From positions 1 through 50,316 of the IMG/VR virus record IMGVR_UViG_3300032257_000019: DNA of 50,316 bases. The stretch is one strand, 5' to 3'. Below, one piece after another: positions 46,157 through 50,316 of this stretch (position 1 is its first letter; each line of letters opens with the position of its first letter). The notes under the pieces are model-generated. The model was given only the letters and a program-made list of their open reading frames with translations. It was not told the origin of the DNA and did not search any database. This DNA is from a virus. Its lineage: Duplodnaviria; Caudoviricetes. The translations under genes and the position numbers were made by a program.

Positions 46157-46753
46157 TTATACGCCAGTTAATTTAGTGTAATGTGATTCATTGACCTTAA
46201 CCAACCAACGAGCATAGTCACCTACCTCATTGTCAACACGATCAACAAAACCAACAATACGTAATTGAGCAGTAGTAGTAACTTTACTATCACTGTCAAT
46301 CTCCTGTTGTGACATACCTGTTACAGTAGAACCTGCAGTAGCTAGAATATCTACATTAGTTCCAATATCTGCAAGAGCAAGATCAGTAGTATCACCATCT
46401 TCTTGCATCTCATAGATAGCGTCAGGATCAGCATGTACTAATACAGTTCCCGCAGCACCTGTTGCATGATACTTCAACATCAGATTTATATTGTTAGTAC
46501 TTACATTGTTACCACTTACACCACCAACTTTAGCTGGTTTCCAAGGGGAAACACCTACACACACACCAACTATCTCTGTTGCACCGGCAGTAGCAGGAGC
46601 TACTTTACCGTCAGCTTCCAAGATGACAAAGTCACCAGGAAAGATACTTGCAGCACTTGCATCAACTTCAAACTCTCGTACATGGCCAGAAACACCACCA
46701 TCAGAAAGGTTACCAGTTAACAGAGCGCCATTTGGACGATCTACGTTAGCCAT
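46157..46753 (-). CDS. Capsid decoration / minor capsid protein
   Basis: MANVDRPNG...IFPGD...DPDAIYEMQ...GSTVTGMS; directly upstream of the capsid gene. Confidence 0.7.
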   Translation of the reverse strand: MANVDRPNGALLTGNLSDGGVSGHVREFEVDASAASIFPGDFVILEADGKVAPATAGATEIVGVCVGVSPWKPAKVGGVSGNNVSTNNINLMLKYHATGAAGTVLVHADPDAIYEMQEDGDTTDLALADIGTNVDILATAGSTVTGMSQQEIDSDSKVTTTAQLRIVGFVDRVDNEVGDYARWLVKVNESHYTKLTGV

Positions 46754-46821
46754 AGACTTATCTCCTATTTAATTAAAATTAAGGTTAGGAAGATAGGATA
46801 GAGTATGTATAGGTTATAGCG

Positions 46822-47283
46822 TTACTTCTCGATTGTAATGGTACGTCCAGCACCAGACATCTTAATTGAACCATAATCTATATCTTCTGAGACTTCCATC
46901 CCAGACTCCAATTCGTCGATCTTAGCTGCTTTTAGAGCTTGGTCTTCCTCAAACCACTCAGCATCAATAGACATTAAGTAAGCAAATTGCTTATTCCCTT
47001 CTTTGTCTACACCGACATACTTATGAATTTTACTCCCTTGGCCCCCAGAATCGGAAACCTTACGAGTACCTACCTTCAAGTTACTTTTATCTGTTTCAAA
47101 GCGGTATCCCGCATCTGTAAATGTTTCAAGGCGTTGACCATCATTCATATCAATAACCCATCGATACTTACGGCTAGGGTCCTTTCCTGCCACATTAAGT
47201 ACGTCCCTAGCTTCTCCTACTGGGATACGCTTAGGTTTTGATTCACTCTTGATTGTCTCTCTTGTTTTTCTCGAGTTTGCCAT
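46822..47283 (-). CDS. Conserved head-module protein
   Basis: YRWV...GY...LM-x-I...EEDQ pattern; lies between scaffold and capsid. Confidence 0.65.
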   Translation of the reverse strand: MANSRKTRETIKSESKPKRIPVGEARDVLNVAGKDPSRKYRWVIDMNDGQRLETFTDAGYRFETDKSNLKVGTRKVSDSGGQGSKIHKYVGVDKEGNKQFAYLMSIDAEWFEEDQALKAAKIDELESGMEVSEDIDYGSIKMSGAGRTITIEK

Positions 47284-47348
47284 AATATATATAATCCTAT
47301 ATCTAGTAAATTGTATAAATGTATTACCCTTTTGGGTGTACAGCTATA

Positions 47349-48116
47349 TTAGTTATTATTCAAGTCAGCAGCATATTCCTCTAGACTATCATATAACCCT
47401 TGTTTAACAAAACGAGTACCACATTGATACTCTTCATCAGTTAGGTTTAATCGAGCATTACGATTACCCTTCCCTGCCCCACTACCAGAGCCTACAGCAC
47501 CTGGCTCTTCTCTTCGTTGATTCTTAAACTTATCAGGATATTCCACCTTAATCTGTTTAGATACAAAATCGAAGAGTTCCGCTGGAGATGCATTAGGGTG
47601 ATCTGCGATATACTCGCTACCTAACTGATCTGCATCTCGTCGCATTGCTGTACTTTGGTTATACCAAGAGTTATCACTAACCCAGGTTTCTTTAAAGTAC
47701 TTAGCAAAAGGATCTTCTCCTGTAGCTTGATTACCAGATGGTTTATCGAAGTCTCGGATCTCATCTTTGACATCAAGAATCTTATCATCTATCTCAGCTG
47801 CAGTTTGAAAATCATCATTCTCTAAAGCATATGCCTTATCTGCTATTAATTGTTTCTTAGCCTTTTCAAGAGCTACTTTATCTCGCTCTTTATTATGCTT
47901 TTTAAACTCATCAATAGTTCCACGTACCTCTTTCAATTCCTTAGATTGACTGGAGATACGGTCCATCAATTCTCCCATACGATTGAATGTAGAGGCATCT
48001 ACCCATGCTCCTTCGTCACCTTGCCATTCACTCTCGGGCTTCCAACCACGTTCTGCAGCTTTCTGCTCTGCAGGTGTTAGTTTTACTTCTTGTTCTTTTT
48101 GTTCTTCATTACTCAT
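47349..48116 (-). CDS. Scaffolding protein (putative)
   Basis: Charged coiled coil, GWKP...W motif, NSWY, and C-terminal LT-x-EE...EEY. Confidence 0.7.
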   Translation of the reverse strand: MSNEEQKEQEVKLTPAEQKAAERGWKPESEWQGDEGAWVDASTFNRMGELMDRISSQSKELKEVRGTIDEFKKHNKERDKVALEKAKKQLIADKAYALENDDFQTAAEIDDKILDVKDEIRDFDKPSGNQATGEDPFAKYFKETWVSDNSWYNQSTAMRRDADQLGSEYIADHPNASPAELFDFVSKQIKVEYPDKFKNQRREEPGAVGSGSGAGKGNRNARLNLTDEEYQCGTRFVKQGLYDSLEEYAADLNNN

Positions 48117-48504
48117 CAGTTATTACTCCCATAATATCTTCATCATTCATCATGACATATTCTTCTTCAGTTGTAGGATCTACTACGAATTTACCACCAT
48201 ATTGGCTATAATAAACCCGATCTCCTACTTTAGCCCATTGTGTCCACTCATCAGTAGATTTAGAATCAGATTTAAGTATTAGTCTTGTGTAGACATCAAA
48301 TATAACTCTAATCCATTTAGGCATATAGTCTTTATCAAAGTCTCGCCAGGCTGTATCACCTATCGCAACTATAACACCTTCACATATTCCAGCTTTCTCT
48401 AGTCTCTTCTCAGTTTCAGATGAAGTAAGGATAATACCACCTGTACTTTCTACTTCTACTTCTTTGGCTTTAACCAGTACCCTATGACCGCAAGGCGTTA
48501 ACAT
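48109..48504 (-). CDS. groES: Co-chaperonin GroES (cpn10) homologue
   Basis: PCGHRVLV, TGGIIL mobile loop, GVIVAIG, KVGDRV...YGG, EDIMGV. Confidence 0.9.
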   Translation of the reverse strand: MLTPCGHRVLVKAKEVEVESTGGIILTSSETEKRLEKAGICEGVIVAIGDTAWRDFDKDYMPKWIRVIFDVYTRLILKSDSKSTDEWTQWAKVGDRVYYSQYGGKFVVDPTTEEEYVMMNDEDIMGVITDE

Positions 48505-48505
48505 A

Positions 48506-48790
48506 TTAGTTCTCCTCGCTATCTGGTATAACAGTTAAGAACTCTCTATCAGCTACTTTGAATCCTTTACCAGTTAGTACCACTTGTTGCATCATAGCTA
48601 CACCTTGGACCATCCCTAAGGCTTGTGCATTCTTCTGAGTAGTTGCATCTACAGTATCTCCTGTGAACGCACCATTCATCCATGCATTTTGATTATTCAG
48701 CATCGAGGCTTGGAAGTAGTGTAATAACCCTTGCGAGACTGGATGTGATAACCATAAAGCGTATTCGCTCTTAGTAACTGTACTTGACAT
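48506..48790 (-). CDS. Hypothetical head-module protein
   Basis: WLSHPVS motif; lies between portal and GroES. Confidence 0.65.
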   Translation of the reverse strand: MSSTVTKSEYALWLSHPVSQGLLHYFQASMLNNQNAWMNGAFTGDTVDATTQKNAQALGMVQGVAMMQQVVLTGKGFKVADREFLTVIPDSEEN

Positions 48791-48812
48791 ATACTGTCCT
48801 CTTTATATATTA

Positions 48813-50316
48813 TTATTGTGCTCCAGCTTGTTGCTGTTGAGCTGCTTGTTGTTGCTGCTGTAGTGCTTGCTCCTTCTTAGCTTTCTCTGCTTCTTCTGCT
48901 TGCTTCTTCTCTTCCATAATTTGCTTCTTCTCATTTAGCACCATCTGAGTATCAGCTCGGACTTCTTGCATGAATGCTCTTAATTCACCCAGTTGTCGTC
49001 CTTCTTCTTCACCTTCGGCTTTCGCTATATTTAGGATTGCCTTGGATCGAATATCTAGAGCTTTAAGATCTACTTCAATGTCTCGAAGCATACGATCCCA
49101 TGTCTCCATCTTAGCTCTATGTTCAAATTCTGCAGTTTCTTTGTCTATCTTATGATTTAACTCTTTCTCTTGCAGTACCATCTCCATAGGAGGACCAGGA
49201 GGAGGAGGCATTTGCATCAACCCTTCAATATTAGGTTGATCAGTAGCTTCTAAGTATTGCTTAGTTACCTCTTCTGGATTAACATGCCCTAAGGGGATTA
49301 CGTCAAATAGAGCTTGTACTTTAGATATTCTTTGTTGATCAGATGATACATTAGGATCAGCACTTAAAGATATATCAAAATCACCAGTATTATAATCTGC
49401 TCTGGTTACCTTAGTAGATCCATCCTGCTTGAGGTCTAATATTGCTAGATACTCTTCCTCTTGCAAGAACTCTCCATTTAGCTTCTGTATCTTATTCATC
49501 TCCTCAGATAATGAATAATGTTGTCTTTTATATATACTAGAGAACAGTTTTAACCCTTGTTCAATAGCATTCATTGATACAGTAGCTTTAGTATTCTGTC
49601 CTGGGACTTCTCCAGAAAGGATATCAGTAACAGAGGCTATCTTCATAGAAGCTTGTTCTAACATACCTAACAAGTTGAATAAAGTACTAGAAGGAGGTGG
49701 AGCGGGTAAAGGGACAATACCTTGTCTTATATCGTTACCATAGCTATTGACTATCTTCCACTCACCTGGCTCCCATTCTAAATCACCAGCTGTTAGTTGT
49801 AGATTAGCTGATAAGAAACCACCTTGCATTACTGATAATGTACCAGCATCTATTAACTGGTTAACTAATGTATTTATAGATAGGTTTAAAGGACCTAATA
49901 ATGCTCCAAAACCTAGACCATATACACCACTATTAGGGTCAGGTATGAATATATAGTTAGTGAAGTACTCAATAGGATCTATTCTTAATAGAGTACCATC
50001 TTCTTTCTCAGTAATACCTTCTTCTTTGAATCGTCTAACAATACGTAATACTTGCATTGTGTCACTGTGGAGAGTAACTATGTATGGTTCTTCATACCCA
50101 TCTCCATCTAAATCTAAGAAGCAATGACTCTCATATAACTCTATAACAGAATCATCTCTACTATGAGTCATATTCTGAGTTTTATCAGCATTAACTTTAC
50201 GAGGTTTATCTCTAAGAGTAGTTAATTCTTTCTTAGGTTTAACGAATATATCCCCAGCAATACGTTCATGTACCTGGTTCTTTGTATAATATAAGATATG
50301 AGTCTTACGAGCTGCA
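48813..50316 (-). CDS. Portal protein, C-terminal part (continues from 1-690)
   Basis: LDLDGDGYEEPYIVT, YGLGFG, QLIDAGTLS and Gln-rich tail; the frame is open to the window end. Confidence 0.9.
   Translation of the reverse strand, partial: AARKTHILYYTKNQVHERIAGDIFVKPKKELTTLRDKPRKVNADKTQNMTHSRDDSVIELYESHCFLDLDGDGYEEPYIVTLHSDTMQVLRIVRRFKEEGITEKEDGTLLRIDPIEYFTNYIFIPDPNSGVYGLGFGALLGPLNLSINTLVNQLIDAGTLSVMQGGFLSANLQLTAGDLEWEPGEWKIVNSYGNDIRQGIVPLPAPPPSSTLFNLLGMLEQASMKIASVTDILSGEVPGQNTKATVSMNAIEQGLKLFSSIYKRQHYSLSEEMNKIQKLNGEFLQEEEYLAILDLKQDGSTKVTRADYNTGDFDISLSADPNVSSDQQRISKVQALFDVIPLGHVNPEEVTKQYLEATDQPNIEGLMQMPPPPGPPMEMVLQEKELNHKIDKETAEFEHRAKMETWDRMLRDIEVDLKALDIRSKAILNIAKAEGEEEGRQLGELRAFMQEVRADTQMVLNEKKQIMEEKKQAEEAEKAKKEQALQQQQQAAQQQQAGAQ
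50190..50316. repeat. 127-bp direct terminal overlap, right copy
   Basis: Identical to 1-127. Confidence 0.95.

Noticed and set aside
8926-49956. Numerous short opposite-strand ORFs in the track (for example 11494-11823, 17243-17509, 25297-25665, 41252-41542, 42994-43326, 46491-46772)
   Set aside because: They are antisense shadows of well-supported genes and break the strict two-arm strand organisation.
50190-50316. 127-bp terminal repeat as a biological DTR
   Set aside because: It falls in the middle of the portal gene and equals a standard assembler k-mer length. It is best explained as a circular-assembly overlap.
1-50316. Lysogeny module, phage RNA polymerase, full-length sigma factor, introns/inteins, or stop-codon recoding
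   Set aside because: No integrase, repressor, RNA polymerase or sigma region 2 motifs are seen. Core genes are uninterrupted and of normal length under the standard code.

Overview
The window is an apparently complete, circularly permuted genome of about 50.19 kb from a lytic, podovirus-like tailed phage. Bases 50190-50316 repeat bases 1-127, and the portal gene runs across that join. Genes form two arms that diverge from a non-coding region at about 5.05-6.09 kb and converge at about 28.28 kb. The + arm has small early genes, ThyX, an RNA ligase and a T7-like replication module (primase-helicase, family A polymerase, SSB-like protein, 5'-3' exonuclease, endonuclease I). I found no RNA polymerase, integrase or repressor. 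The - arm has TerS, tRNA-Asn, TerL, portal, a GroES co-chaperonin, scaffold, major capsid, accessory virion proteins (including an SGNH O-acetylesterase), P22-like adaptor and hub proteins, a tail fibre and ejection proteins. The most striking signal is four intergenic, correctly oriented GAACTT-N15/16-GTCTAA elements that match the host envelope-stress sigma factor (sigmaE/RpoE/AlgU) promoter consensus. The genome also encodes a stand-alone protein resembling sigmaE region 4 and an early PagP-like outer-membrane barrel ending in YKL. Together these suggest, as a hypothesis only, that the phage switches on the host sigmaE response to run its own middle and late transcription. Other notable items are a catalytically degenerate fragment of the terminase ATPase, a non-SSB protein ending in the host SSB tail DDDIPF, and a tRNA cassette bounded by direct repeats. 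All family assignments come from recognising motifs by eye; no searches were run.
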